DNA of 64,000 nucleotides from the human T2T-CHM13v2.0 reference genome, Homo sapiens: the NCBI RefSeq assembly GCF_009914755.1, contig NC_060931.1; one strand, written 5' to 3'. Below are positions 45,668 through 64,000 of the stretch, one piece after another. A program made the translations under genes and the position numbers. The notes under the pieces are model-generated. The model was not told the origin of the DNA. It saw only the letters and a list, made by a program, of their open reading frames with translations, and made no database searches. Each line of letters begins with the position of its first letter. Position 1 is the stretch's first letter.

Positions 45668-46683
45668 ATGGGGAAAAAGCAGAACAGAAAAACTGGAAAC
45701 TCTAAACAGCAGAGCGCCTCTCCTCCTCCAAAGGAACGCAGTTCCTCACCAGCAACGGAACAAAGCTGGATGGAGAATGACTTTGACGAGCTGAGAGAAG
45801 AAGGCTTCAGACGATCAAATTACTCTGAGCTACGGGAGGACATTCAAACCAAAGGCAAAGAAGTTGAAAACTTGAAAAAAAATTAGAAGAATGTATAACT
45901 AGAATAACCAATACAGAGAAGTGCTTAAAGGAGCTGATGGAGCTGAAAACCAAGGCTCGAGAACTACGTGAAGAATGCAGAAGCCTCAGGAGCCGATGCG
46001 ATCAACTGGAAGAAAGAGTATCAGCGATGGAAGATGAAATGAATGAAATGAAGCGAGAAGGGAAGTTTAGAGAAAAAAGAATAAAAAGAAATGAGCAAAG
46101 CCTCCAAGAAATATGGGACTATGTGAAAAGACCAAATCTACATCTGACTGGTGTACCTGAAAGTGATGGGGAGAATACAACCAAGATGGAAAGCACTCAG
46201 CAGGATATTATCCAGGAGAACTTCCCCAATCTAGCAAGGCAGGCCAACGTTCAGATTCAGGAAATACAGAGAACGCCACAAAGATACTCCTCGAGAAGAG
46301 CAACTCCAAGACACATAACTGTCAGATTCACCAAAGTTGAAATGAAGGAAAAAATGTTACGGGCAGCCAGAGAGAAAGGTCGGGTTACCCTCAAAGGGAA
46401 GCCCATCAGACTAACAGCGGATCTCTTGGCAGAAACCCTACAAGCCAGAAGAGAGTGGGGGCCAATATTCAACATTCTTAAAGACAAGAATTTTCAAACC
46501 AGAATTTCACATCCAGCCAAACTAAGCTTCATAAGCGAAGGAGAAATAAAATACTTTACAGACAAGCAAATGCTGAGAGATTTTGTCACCACCAGGCCTG
46601 CCCTAAAAGAGCTCCTAAAGGAAGCACTAAACATGGAAAGGAACAACCAGTACCAGCCACTGCAAAATCATGCCAAAATGTAA
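45668..46683 (+). pseudogene. L1 ORF1p, frameshifted
   Basis: MGKKQNRKTGNSK... with a -1 frameshift near 45872-45886, then ...QPLQNHAKM*; YPAKLS motif changed to HPAKLS. Confidence 0.95.
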
Positions 46684-46746
46684 AGACCATCGAGACTAGG
46701 AAGAAACCGCATCAACTAACGAGCAAAATAACCAGTTAACATCATA

Positions 46747-50537
<3,791 letters not shown>

Positions 50538-51509
50538 ACAATGAGATCACATAGACACAGGAAGGAGAACATCACACTCTGGGGACTGTTGTGGGGTGGG
50601 GGGAGGGGGGAGGGATAGCATTGGGAGATATACCTAATGCTAGATGACAAGTTAGTGGGTGCAGCGCACCAGCATGGCACATGCATACATATGTAACTAA
50701 CCTGCACAATGTGCACATGTACCCTAAAACTTAAAGTATAATAAAAAAAAAATTACCACAACGGCCTATTCTATGCAAATGTTTTGAATCTCAGATGAAA
50801 CGGATAATTTCCTAAGTAAATATATGTTTACAAAATTGACTCCATTAGAGTACATGTGAACGAAGTGAGCACAAAAATTGACTCCATCAGATAGAGGAAG
50901 ATTAAACAGACCAAAGTAGATAGAAGAAATCAATAAAATTCTTGGAAAACTACTCAACTTTGTAGGCATTTTAGCACCTTGTTCAGATGAATTCACATAG
51001 AAATTCTACTAAAGCTTTCAATACTCTATATAAATTTTTCCAGACTACTGAAAATGAAGATATTTTCTCAACTTTTTAATGAAGTTATGAAGTCAATCTA
51101 GTAAAGAGAATAAAAGTAAAGAAAATATAGATTAATTTATGAATTTCAATGCAAACATATAAAATAAAATATTTACAGATTCAGCACTACATTAAGAAAA
51201 CCAAACCTGATTTGTTCCAGGAATGCAAGTTTGGCACAACATTAAGAAATCCATTAATATCATACAATGTAATACATAGTCCTTGACACTTTCTAGAATA
51301 TATAGATGAAATTAGAACTAAAAGATGGAAATATGAGAGAAAAGTGAAAATATATGAACTATACCACTCAAAAGTTCCAAAATTTAACCATTGGGAATTC
51401 CCAGAGAAGAACGCTGAGACAATCTCAGGAGGAAAAGATTCAAAAATTGTTTTGTTTTGTTTTTAAAAATATCCCTGAGATGGAGAAAAAGACCTTAAGA
51501 ACAGATATC

Positions 51510-51537
51510 AATAGATGAGAGATAGATAGATAATAGG

Positions 51538-51573
<36 letters not shown>

Positions 51574-51580
51574 CAGATAA
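51510..51580. repeat. (GATA)n tetranucleotide microsatellite
   Basis: Directly visible. Confidence 0.95.
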
Positions 51581-52226
51581 TGATGAAACAAACAAGACAG
51601 CATTTAAATCATGGGTGAATCTGTATAAAAGATATATGGGAGTTTCTCATATTGTTCTTATCAATTTCTATAAGCCAAAATAAAAAGAAACAAAAAAAAA
51701 TCATAGGGAAACACTAATTCCCACAATATGTGTATTTCTTTTAGAGAATATGTAAACAAATGAATAGTTGTGAGATACGATGTTTATGTAATTAAATAAC
51801 TTATATGAAATTGTTTTTGCTATCTATTTAGAAAAATTTTCTCTTTCAGTATTTTATTGACCCAAATTACAAAATATGTTACAAACACTTGAGTAATAAA
51901 AACATGCTCCACTTGAGATGCCTGAATTAGGAGAAAGATAAACACACGAACCAATATATGTGGGTTAATATATAAGTCCTATGATAGTGATGCTACAAAG
52001 TAACATGGGAAAATTTTACTAGAGGAGCAAATAGGAATTTTAAGAGAAGCATACTAATGCAATTTCATTAGAGTTAGAATGCCCAAATATTCTATGAGAT
52101 CCCTATTCTTGAGTCAACCATGAACACTGAGGATAATGGAGGTTTGAGGTTGAAGTGAGAAGCTATTCTTTAATTATGTCTTGAAATGCTGACTCAAGTG
52201 ACCTCACTAAGACATTTCATCATGGG

Positions 52227-52543
<317 letters not shown>

Positions 52544-54369
52544 TTCATCACGGTTTTTGATAACCATCTGACTAGAATTGAAATTTTCCTATTCATCTTT
52601 GTTTCCAACTAATTTCTTTTGTTGACTTTTCCAGTCATGTCAACCATCCAACCACTGAAGAACCCAGACTCTATTGTTCATCACTTTTATGCCAGTTTTT
52701 TAAAGTTGTAAACCACAAATTTAAAAAATTTTACATTATTATAAGCAGGTAAGTTTACCTTAAGTAAGTAAGAAAGCTCCCCAAAATCACATTTTTGATT
52801 ATGAGAGACATTGTATATTTTAAATCTTATAGAAATTACATTATTACCAAAAAGTTCATGAAAAACGGATAACAATGATGAGGGAAAAGGATGAATGATA
52901 CCTGACACTGAAATTTAAGCCTGAATCCCTGGGGTATATTGGTACAATGATCACAGAAATGTATGTTGTTTTGAGAAAAACCACCATTAATGGTTCTCTC
53001 CTTATAGGCGCTAAATTGTATAATGACACACTTTGGTTTATGATTTCTATGAAAACAGAGAATTTCATGTAAATATTATAACTACAAATTAATCATACCA
53101 TTCAGTATGTACATATTATACAGAACTTAAGATGGTAGCAGAGAAGACATTAACCAGGAATATTCTGAGGTTAAAATATCAGTGGCTGGCAAAGCTATTG
53201 CCAGAAGAAAGTTATATAAACCGATAAATAGGACTATTTGTCAAATCAGTTGAGGAAGACAGAAAACAAAAAAAGATGAGTAGGACAGCCCATCACGCGC
53301 ACATGGGAGTTGTGTCTCCCAAAATAGATTGAGAAACAAAGAGCTGGGATGACTGTCTAAGCAAGTGGCTTCCCAAAGTAGATAAAATTTTTCAAGCAAA
53401 AAACTTCCCTGTGGAGGTACCTGCAGGAATAATTTCATCATGAAAATACATAAGACGTCTTCCTCATCTGTCAACATTATCTCAGAGCTTCCTTAACACA
53501 TACTGCAATCCGAAGTAAATTCAGTCTCTTGTTAGTACCAATCAGTCTTCTCTTTCTGTCTCCCCACTCTTTGATCTCAGAATGTGAAAGTCTTGTTTAC
53601 AATGCTTGTTAAAAGCCAGGTCATCATTTCCCAATACCCTATATTTCTTTTATAAACTCAAAACTACAGACAAAGTAAAAGCAACAAAATGCTTATTTAA
53701 AATGTGCTGCAAGAACTTTGCACTTTATTTAGGTTTTTGTCTGATAAAGGTAAAATATGGTGGAATTTTATCATTCTTATACAGACAATGCATTTCTACT
53801 AGAATCAACGAAGACTCTAGTATTGGATTTTTTAGGAGTCTTTTGATATTCCTGGTTCATATTGAACTTATTTTAATTTAAAATCCCTAGGGTTTTAATT
53901 ATTTATTTTTATATCAGTAGCTGTTCAAGCTAGTTTCTCTCCTATTTTGTACACATGAAATTGATTTTTACACACCATAAAAGCTTTTCTATTTGTTTAG
54001 TGTTCACTCACATAATTTCTTGCCTCTGACTACACTGCTAGGCAGTTTGCATTCCCGCCTGCATTATTCTCTGACCTGATATCTCTTCCTTTGCACACCA
54101 CTGCTAGATCAATGTTTCTCAAAGTTCCACTTTGATCATGTCATTCACATGCTTAAAATTATTTACTAATATTCTACTGTTTAGTGCATGATATCCAAGC
54201 TCCTCAGTCTACAAGTCAAAACACTGCACAATCTATCAAAATACTTTCTAATGCTATTTTCCATCTCTTCTCTGCATGATTCTGTGTTCCTGACAATGAG
54301 CATGTATATGGAGCTAGTTTTTTTGCTTTATCAACACCTCTTTGCTCTTCTGTTTTGTTTTGGCTTTTT

Positions 54370-55845
<1,476 letters not shown>

Positions 55846-57016
55846 GAAATAGGATAAACACAAAGAAATTCAGACCCAGACATATTATAACAAAATTGTC
55901 GAAAGTCAAAGAAAAAATCTTGAAAGCAACAAAAGAAAAATGACTTATTACATACAAGGAACCCTAATAAAATTAACATCGGAAACAATGGAGAGCAAAA
56001 GGCAGTAGGAAAACAGATATAAAATATTAAAATAAAAAATCGTCAACCAACAGTCTTATAGCTAGCAAACTATCACAAATGAAAGCAAAATAAAGATAAT
56101 CCTGGATAAACAACTGAGAGAATTGGTTTCTAGCAGACGTATCTTTTAATAAATATTAATGGAAATTCTTCAAGCTGAAAGCCCATGACACCAGACAGTA
56201 ATTCAAATACACAGAAAAAAACAGCACTGGTAAAGATGATTATGTAACTTAAAAGGCAGCATAAATGCAGAGGTCTCTTTTTATTTCTCTTTACTGATTT
56301 AAAAAGCAATTGCATAGAAGTACATATGTATATTTATATTGTGGAGAATATTACAAATAGAAATGTAATGTATTTGACAATAGCACAGAATTAGTATGCA
56401 AGAACAAAGCTCTATGGAAGAAAGTAATAAAACCAAATGGTAATTTGAATCCACAAGACCAAATAAATAAAACAACAAATAGTAAATAAGCAGGCTGGTA
56501 GTAAAAAGTTTATACATATATACTTGCTCTTCTTCCTTCTTTTACCTTTCTTAAATGATATAAAATCGTACAAAGTAATAGTTAAAGCAATATACTTTGG
56601 GGTTTGTAAACTATAAAGGTATGCTATACACAACAATAATATCACAAAAATTGTGAAAAGGGAATAGAGCTATATAGGAGTAATGTTTATATATCTAATT
56701 GGAATTAAGATACTATAAATCTGAGAGTAAATTCTGAGAAGCTAAGATGTATGTGATAAGTCCTAAAGTAACAATAAAGAAAATAACTTTTAAAATATAG
56801 CTTAAAGATCATTAAATAAATTTTAAAATTATGCAATAAATATTCCCTTAGTGCGAAAGAAAGCAGGGAAGGAGGGATAGAGGAACAAAAAGTAAGACAC
56901 ATAGAAAACAAAAAGTAAAATGAGAGCCATAAATACAACTTTATCAATAACATTAAATGTGAATAGATTAAACAATCCAATGATAATGCATATGTCTGAT
57001 TAAAAACACAAAACCC

Positions 57017-57335
57017 GGCCAGGCGCGGTGGCTCACGCCTGTAATCCCAGCACTTTAGGAGGCCGAGGCGGGCGGAACACGAGGTCAGGAGATCGAGACC
57101 ATCCTGGCTAACACAGTGAAACCCCATCTCTACTAAAATTACAAAAAAAAAAAAAAAAAAAAAAAATTAGCCAGGCGTGGTTGCTGGTGCCTGTAGTCCC
57201 AGCTACTCGGAAGGCTGAGGCAGGAGAATGGCGTGAACCCGGGAGGCGGAGCTTGAAGTGAGCGGAGATCACGCCACTGCACTGCAGCCCGGGCGACAGA
57301 GCGAGACTCTGTCTCAGAAACAACAACAACAAACA
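57017..57335 (+). mobile_element. AluY/Sc with an expanded middle A-tract
   Basis: ggccaggcgcggtggctcacgcc...gagatcgagaccatcctggctaacac; 24-A linker at 57143-57166. Confidence 0.95.
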
Positions 57336-58349
57336 AAACCCAACTATACATTGCCTACAGGAAACACACTTTCTATCCAAAAATACAAAGATTTGAAAGC
57401 AAAAGGATGAAAATGCATATAGTATAACCATACAAAGACCAATCATAGCAACCCTGAAGAGACTATACCAATATCAGAAAAAAATAGATTTTCAAAAAGC
57501 AAAATGTTATTAGAGAAAAGAGATACTGTGTATAGCAATAAAAGGATCATCCTTCAGGAAGATAAAACAATTATGAACACATACATGCTGCCCAACAGGG
57601 CTTCCAAATATATGAAGCAAAACTGACAGGACTGGAGGGAAAAATAAACAATTCAACAGTAATAATCAGAAACTTCAGTACCCTACTTTCAATAATAGAT
57701 AGAAAAACTAGACAGAAAATGAATAAGGAAATAGAAGACTGAATAACACTATGTACCAACTAACCCTAAACAAGATCTATAGAAGATTTCATTCGACAAC
57801 AGTAGAACATCAACTTATGTGCACATAAGATAGACCTTCTCCAAGATAGACCTTCTACTAGGCCATAAAGCAAGCCTCAGTAAATTTAACAGCACTGAAA
57901 TCATACAAAATATGTTCTCTTCACTCAATGGAATTAAATAAGAAATCAATATCAAAAAGAAATTCAGGGAATTTACAAATATGTGAAACTTAAATAACAC
58001 TCCTGAATAACCAATGAGTCAAATAAATCACAAGGAAAATTAAAAAATACTCTTGAAAGAATGAAAATGAAAACATGTCATATCAAAACTTATGGGATAG
58101 AGCAAAAGCAGGGCTTGGAGGGAAATTTAAAATATCCACACCTATATCTTTTAAAAATCACATTTTCTATATGTTAATTTCTACATTATAGGATTCCATT
58201 TATATAAAATATCTTGACTAGGCAAATCTACAGATAACAAATTAGATTAGTGATTATTCGTGGTGGGGAGGGGAGGGATATTTGGGGTAATTGAGGAATG
58301 ACTGCTAATAGGTATGTGGTTTCATTATTTTGGGGTGATGAAAATGGGG

Positions 58350-58661
58350 TTTCTTTTTGTTATTTGTTTGTTGGTTTTTTTGAGACAGAGTCTCACTCTG
58401 TCACCTAGGCTGGAGTGAAGTGGCATGATCTTGTCTCACTGCAACCTCTGCCCCCGGGTTCAAGCGATTCTCCTGCCTAAACCTCCTGAGTAGCTGGGAT
58501 TATAAGCGCCCACCACCAGGCCTGGCTAATATTTGTATTTTTAGTAGAAACGTGCTTTCGCTATGTTGGCCAGGCTGCTCTCGAACTCCTGACCTCAGGT
58601 GATCTACCTGCCTTGGCCTCCCAAAGTGCTAGGATTACAAGCATCAGCCACCGCTCCTGGC
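58350..58661 (-). mobile_element. AluSx-like
   Basis: Full antisense Alu inside an L1 3'UTR. Confidence 0.93.
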
Positions 58662-58809
58662 AGGTGAAAATGTTCTAAAATGTGTTGTATTAGCAATTTC
58701 ACAACCTTCTGAATATTTTTTTTAAAGAAACCCACGATATTGAATTATACACTTCAAATGAGTAAACTGTACAATTTTACTTATATTTTAATGAAGGTCT
58801 TATATATAT

Positions 58810-60020
58810 AAAACAAATTGGGCATGTATTTGTGAGTTTATTTCTGAGTTTTCTGTTCCATTGATCTATATGTCTATCTACCAATACTGTACAGTTCTGA
58901 TTATTGTAGATAAATAATACATCTTGAAATTGGGCAGAGTGATTCTTCTCATTTTATTATCTTTTCCAGGAAAAAAAAAATAGCTATTCTAGTTTATTTG
59001 CCTTTCCATATAAGTATGAAGATAATCTTGCATATATCTACAAAAACTCTTGCAGGGAGTTTGATAGAAATTTCATTAAACCTGTATATCAATTCAAAAA
59101 GAATTAATATTTTTACTTTATTCAGTTCTCTATTCCATGAACACCTTATGTTTTTCTATTTATTTAGATCTTTTATTTTTTCATTAGTATTTTATAGTTT
59201 GCAGCATATGTCTTGTATATTCTTTATTAGATTTACACCTAAGAATGAAATGAATCTAATAAAGATTTGCTGAATCAATCTAATAAAGATTTGCTTTATT
59301 ATTTGCATAATAAAGACATCAATCAAATAAAGATTTGCTGAGTCATTGCAAACTATCATATTTTTAATTTGTGTACGTATGTATGGTGTATGTGTGTATA
59401 TACATTATATATGTTTGCTGCTACTATATAGATATAACAAATTTGTGTATATTTATCTTATATCCTGGGACATTCCTGGACCCACTTATTGGTTCTAGAA
59501 CACTTATGGGACAGGTTGGGATGCTTTGTTACAGCCTTGCAAGCACACAAGTCTGGGCTTCTCAGTCCACATTTGCTGGTGTGGATCAGGGGTGGGATCA
59601 GAGTGTTTTCAGTGGTGTTTGGCTGGAGTAAACCAGCTATTGTCTAAATGTTTTCTGTTTCATTAGGCCGTCCTGCTCCTGGTCCTTCGGCTATATAAAG
59701 CATGCTTTTGCTCTCTTCCTTTCCTGTCCTGTCCAGTCCTGTCCTGTCCTGTCCTTTCCTTTCCTTTCCTTTCCTTTTTTCCGTTTTTTGTCTGTACCCA
59801 TCCTGGTTGTTGGCTTCTTCAGCTTCAAGTCTGGGATATATGAAAAAAAGAAAAATAGAAAACCCACAGAACTCACCACTGTGTTGTTCTTCAAGTCCTG
59901 AAATTTGGCTTCTCTCCACTTTTCAGGGTATTTTTACATTTGTTCTGTGTATCATGTTCAGATTTGTTCAGTTTACTTAGCAGGAGGATTAGGGAAAAGT
60001 ATACCTAATCCGTATTCCCT
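58810..60020 (-). mobile_element. Old L1M antisense fragments, containing (CCTGT)n(CCTTT)n at 59718-59775
   Basis: ctgttccattgatctatatgtct...ttgcctttccatataag; 5'-end-like gaactcaccactgtgttgttcttcaagtcctg. Confidence 0.65.
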
Positions 60021-60039
60021 GAATTGGCTGTAACATATA

Positions 60040-60192
60040 AGGCTTTGTTAGAACACTGCTCATTCATTTATGTATCTCCTATGACTTTTCATGGTACAAT
60101 GGCAGAGTTCACCAAGAGTGACAGAGACCATATGCTCTGAAATGCCAAAATGTTTACCATTTTTTCCTTTATAGAAAGCAAGTATCAATCCT
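60040..60192. mobile_element. MER58A-like hAT-Charlie relic
   Basis: ctcattcatttatgtatc...caatggcagagtt...gacagagaccatatg...aaaatgtttaccat. Confidence 0.7.
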
Positions 60193-60199
60193 ACTTCAT

Positions 60200-63100
60200 G
60201 CTGTAGTTTTCATATGCATTACATATACATATATTACAGACTAAATAGACAATATTTTTGTTGTTTTAAAAGAACATGCTTTTAAAATATGAAGAATAGT
60301 AGTCTTTTATATTCCCTCCAATATTTATCATTTCCAGTGCTTTTCATTTCTTCCTGAAGGTCCAGATTTTGATCTGATATCATTCTACTTCATCCCAAAG
60401 TCTTTTCTTTAGCATATCTTATGATGAAATTCTGTGGGAGACAAATTCATTCTGTGTTTCTATGTCTGTGTGTGTGTGTGTGCGTGTGTGTGTGTGCACG
60501 CGTATGTGTATGTCTTTCTCTGTTTCTTTCTCTCTACCCACCACTTGGAAATGTTTAATTTTAATTCTTGAAGAATGTTTTTACTCATAATAATATTCTG
60601 GGTCTTTTTTTCTCTCAGCATATTGAAAATGTTTTCCACTATCTTTTGGCCTCCATAAAGTCAGACGAGAAGCCAGTGGCTATTTGAATAGTTATTCCCG
60701 GGATGTAACATGTTATTTTCCTTTGGCTGGTATCAAGGTATTCTTTTTTTATTGGGTTTCACTAGTTTTACTGTCATGTACTTAGTGATTTCATTCATCT
60801 GTATCTTGTTTGGGTTTACTAACCTTCTAAAATTAGAGCAATAAATCACACAAAAAATATATTTTACACTAAATAGCAAAATTTTACAGCAATTGAAATA
60901 TTTTCCCTTCAGTCTTTTCTCTCTCTTCTCTTTCTAGAACTTCAATTACATATATGTTAGACTTTTGTTGTTATCCTACAGGTTTTGAGGTTGTTTTCAA
61001 CCACTTTTTTCTTAACATTTTCAGCTTAGTTAATTGCTATTGATCTCATATACTCTTTGCTCTATCTTCATTTTTTTGTTAATCCCATAGAGTAAAATTT
61101 TTATTTTAATAATAGCATTTTAAAATTACATTTTCTAAAGTCTATTTCATTGTTAACCATGTTTTCCTTTATAATCATGAGTTTAGTTATAATTGCTTTC
61201 AAATCTGTGTAGTGCTAATTCCAATATTTGAATATTCTTGTCTGTTGATGATCTTTTGCAAATGAGTAATTTTTTCCCTTCTTTGAATATTAAATAATTT
61301 AAACAATCTTTTTCTGGGCACTATAAGGGTTATGACTATATTCTGTAATATTCTCCCAAAGATTAGCTTTTTGTTCATAAACTTTAGAAGCCAATTATCT
61401 TGATCAGACCCAAACTGCCAAGTCTTGCATGCCATTTGACATCTTAGTAGTTATTTGATATTTTTGATGGGCTGTTTTGAGTCTACCAATACATGTGAGA
61501 GGCAAGTGTCCGTCAGACATCTGGGGAGAGGTTTGTATAAATCTTGGGAATCACTCTCTTTGGTTCTCTCCTTTCTAGCATTCTACCATTATTGTCCATT
61601 GGCTGTGGTTTCCCTGAATTTCCTACTTTTAAACAACTGCAGCTTTTCCAACAGAGATTATGTCCTTCTGCATGGTGAAGACTGATATACCCAAAAGCTG
61701 AAAAGTATAAGAAATGAAGAACTAACCTGTGCCTTGTTTTTCTTTCAAATATTGAAGCGTTGACTTTCCTCCCAAACCTCTGTGTTGACTCTCAAATGCC
61801 TTCAAATAATTGTGTTTTGTCATCTGTTCATGGCTTGTAGTTGTTATCTTATGTAGGGTTAGTCCTGTATAGGCTTGTTCAGCCATGACAGAAGTGGATT
61901 TCCTCCCCCATGCCATTTCTTATTTTGCAAATTTGTTTTCTCCTTTTTTTAAAGTTAGGTTGTTAGCTAGTGATTTGTCTATTTTGATTATTTTTAATAG
62001 AATATTAATTTGATTTAAAGTTTTTCTGTTCTCTACTCTTTTATTCTTTCATTTTTCTTCCTTGTGCTTTCCTTTGATTTCCTTTTCTTTATTAAATATT
62101 GATGCTTCATTTATTTTTACTTTTATTGCTATAATTCTACAATGTTACACATTTTCTTTTGGTTACTGCTTTACAAGTTTCCCATAGCTTCTGATATGTA
62201 GGATTCTCATCATCATTATTTTTGTAAATAAACTAAATTTATGACATCTGTATTCTTTCACTCAAGAGTTATTTAATAAAAAGTTGAATTTCTTACCTAG
62301 TGGGTACAACATACATTATTTGAGTGATGTTTACACTAAAAGCCCAGAGTTCACCATTATGCAAATTATCCATGTAATAAAACTGCACTTCTATCCCCTA
62401 AGTCCATTAAAATAAAATTTTAAAAGAATCCTATAGCTACTTCTCACGTTTATTGTTATAAGTGTGAGTGTTACAACAATATAAATGTTATCGTTGTAAC
62501 ATAAGTAAGTTATAAGTGTTAGTGTTATAACAATTATTCAGTTCCAAGTATTAAACATTTCTATTATGAAAAACAGTTGAATTTCCAAGTAGACAGATTT
62601 TTTTGATTATTGATTTTATATTTGACTTCTATTTGTGTTGCATTGCAATCACACAAAATATTTCCACTTTGTGAAAACTAATGATGATTCTTGATACACG
62701 GTCAATTTTTAGAAATGTTTCAGGTGTGTTCGAGAAGATATATTCTCTATCGTCAGAATATTATGTTTGTTAAATGTCTGAAAAATTCTACTTTACTGAC
62801 TGTGTTATTTAGATCATTTTTATATCCACATTAATTTTTGTCTACTTGGCTTCTTTTATATTGACAATGGTGTATTAAATCCCATATTATTAATGGGTTT
62901 TTAGAAATCCTTTTTATCTCATGTTGTTTCAGTTTGATATTGCAGTTGTTCTATTATTTGGCATGTAAGTATTCATAACCGTTATGTCTGTGGTGTTTTG
63001 AAAAGTGACTTTTAGCATTAAATATATATTGTGGAGTGCGCTTTTTAGCATTTAAAATGTGTCAGACTTTGCCTTTTTAATACTTTTTAATGTAAATTCT

Positions 63101-63380
63101 ACTTTGTTATCAAGATTGAAAACACTTCTTATTATTTCCCTGTTTCTATCAATTCTTTGTTCACTCCTTTAGTACTAACATTTTGGAAATACTGTAATTT
63201 AAGTGTATCTCTTATATAGAACAGAGTTGAGTTTTGATTTGCATGCCAATTCTAGGGTTGGGTTATAAAAAACATTTATTTTTATTGAAATTTCTGGTAA
63301 ATTTGATCTAAATTTTGTCATATTACCTTACGTTATGATCGATGGGTGCATTGTGTTATATTTACTATGTTTCTTTCTGT
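60200..63380 (-). mobile_element. Ancient L1ME antisense fragments with (TG)n at 60466-60495
   Basis: T-rich degenerate L1 antisense motifs (ttccactatcttttggcctcc; gtttcccatagcttctgatatgtag). Confidence 0.6.
62293..62425 (+). mobile_element. L1PB4-like 3' end
   Basis: ttacctagtgggtacaac...tacactaaaagcccagagttcacca...aaaactgcacttctatcccctaa. Confidence 0.8.
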
Positions 63381-63387
63381 ATTTAAT

Positions 63388-63733
63388 TTGTGCCTTTGGC
63401 AAAATAATTGCCCCCTCAGAGAGGTTTGCATCCTAATCCTCAGAACCTGTATACATGCTCCCTTACATGGCAAAAGGAACTTTGCAAACTTGATTAAGTC
63501 AAGGATCTTGAGACTGTGAGGTTATTCTAGATTAACTGGGTGGACTCAGGTTAATGACAAAGGTTCTTATAAGTGAAAGAGGGAGGCAGCAGCATCAGAG
63601 TCAGGAGAGGAGATGTGACAATGAAAGCAGAAGCTGGTGAAACAATTGCAGGAAAGAAGCCATAAGACAAGGGCTGCAGGCATCACCTCGAAGCCAGAAA
63701 AGGCAAGGAACAGATAGTCCTACAGAGCCTCCA
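63388..63733 (+). mobile_element. MLT1D-like MaLR LTR (5' part)
   Basis: catcctaatcctcagaacctgt...ccttacatggcaaaaggaactttgca...gaaaaggcaaggaacagat. Confidence 0.8.
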
Positions 63734-64000
63734 CTGTATGGTTGAATGCATGTGTCCCCTCAAAATTCGTATGTTGGAACCTAAGACCCAATGTCATAGT
63801 TTTAAGAGTTAGGTCCCTTAGGAGGTGATTAACTCATGAGGGCTCCATGACTAGCTAGTTCCCTTGAGTCCTTTTTGTCCTTCTCCCTTTCACCGCGTGA
63901 GAACACAGCAAGAGGCATCATCATGGAAGCAGAGACCAGCCCTCGCCAGACACTGAATCTGCCGGTGCCTTGTTTTTGGATGTCTCAGCCTCCAGAATTG
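63734..64000 (+). mobile_element. MST-type MaLR LTR nested in the MLT1D; runs off the window
   Basis: tgtatggttgaatg..tgtcccctcaaaattcgtatgttggaacc...gccctcgccagacactgaatctgccggtgccttg. Confidence 0.8.

Larger units (their letters stand above)
55846..58790 (+). mobile_element. Old L1M (MB/MD-type) ORF1 end, inter-ORF, EN region and 3' end; internally deleted and nested in the antisense L1M
   Basis: cccagacatattataacaaaattgtcgaaagtcaaagaaaaaatcttgaaagcaac (ORF1); tatcaaaacttatgggatagagcaaaagcag (ORF2); ggcaaatctacagataac...ggtgatgaaaatg (3'UTR). Confidence 0.7.

Overview
AT-rich, gene-poor primate (human-like) nuclear DNA dominated by interspersed repeats. I found no intact protein-coding gene. 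The main elements are a full-length but inactivated L1PA2/young-L1PA3 LINE-1 (44761-50750) with target-site duplications (TSDs), a 5'-truncated L1PA3 (91-3578), a twin-primed inverted L1PA2/3 (35785-36293), a large internally deleted L1MA-type element (37510-43070), many older L1M fragments, about 12 Alus, MIRs, an L3/CR1 relic, MaLR LTRs, DNA-transposon relics (MER82, MER33, MER94, MER58, MER5) and an RPL18 processed pseudogene (27538-28188). Almost all ORFs in the track are L1 fragments or repeat artefacts. I cannot support a new multi-gene biological system here. The unexplained structure is smaller in scale: a site hit repeatedly by retrotransposition, a probable ancient L1 3' transduction, a TSD-flanked U6-like mini-insert, several templated-insertion or template-switch scars, a 32-bp-stem hairpin, a spacer-less AT-rich palindrome, an extended ORF0 and a few candidate exons. 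Repeat subfamily names come from recalled consensus motifs and were not computed; boundaries of old elements are approximate.
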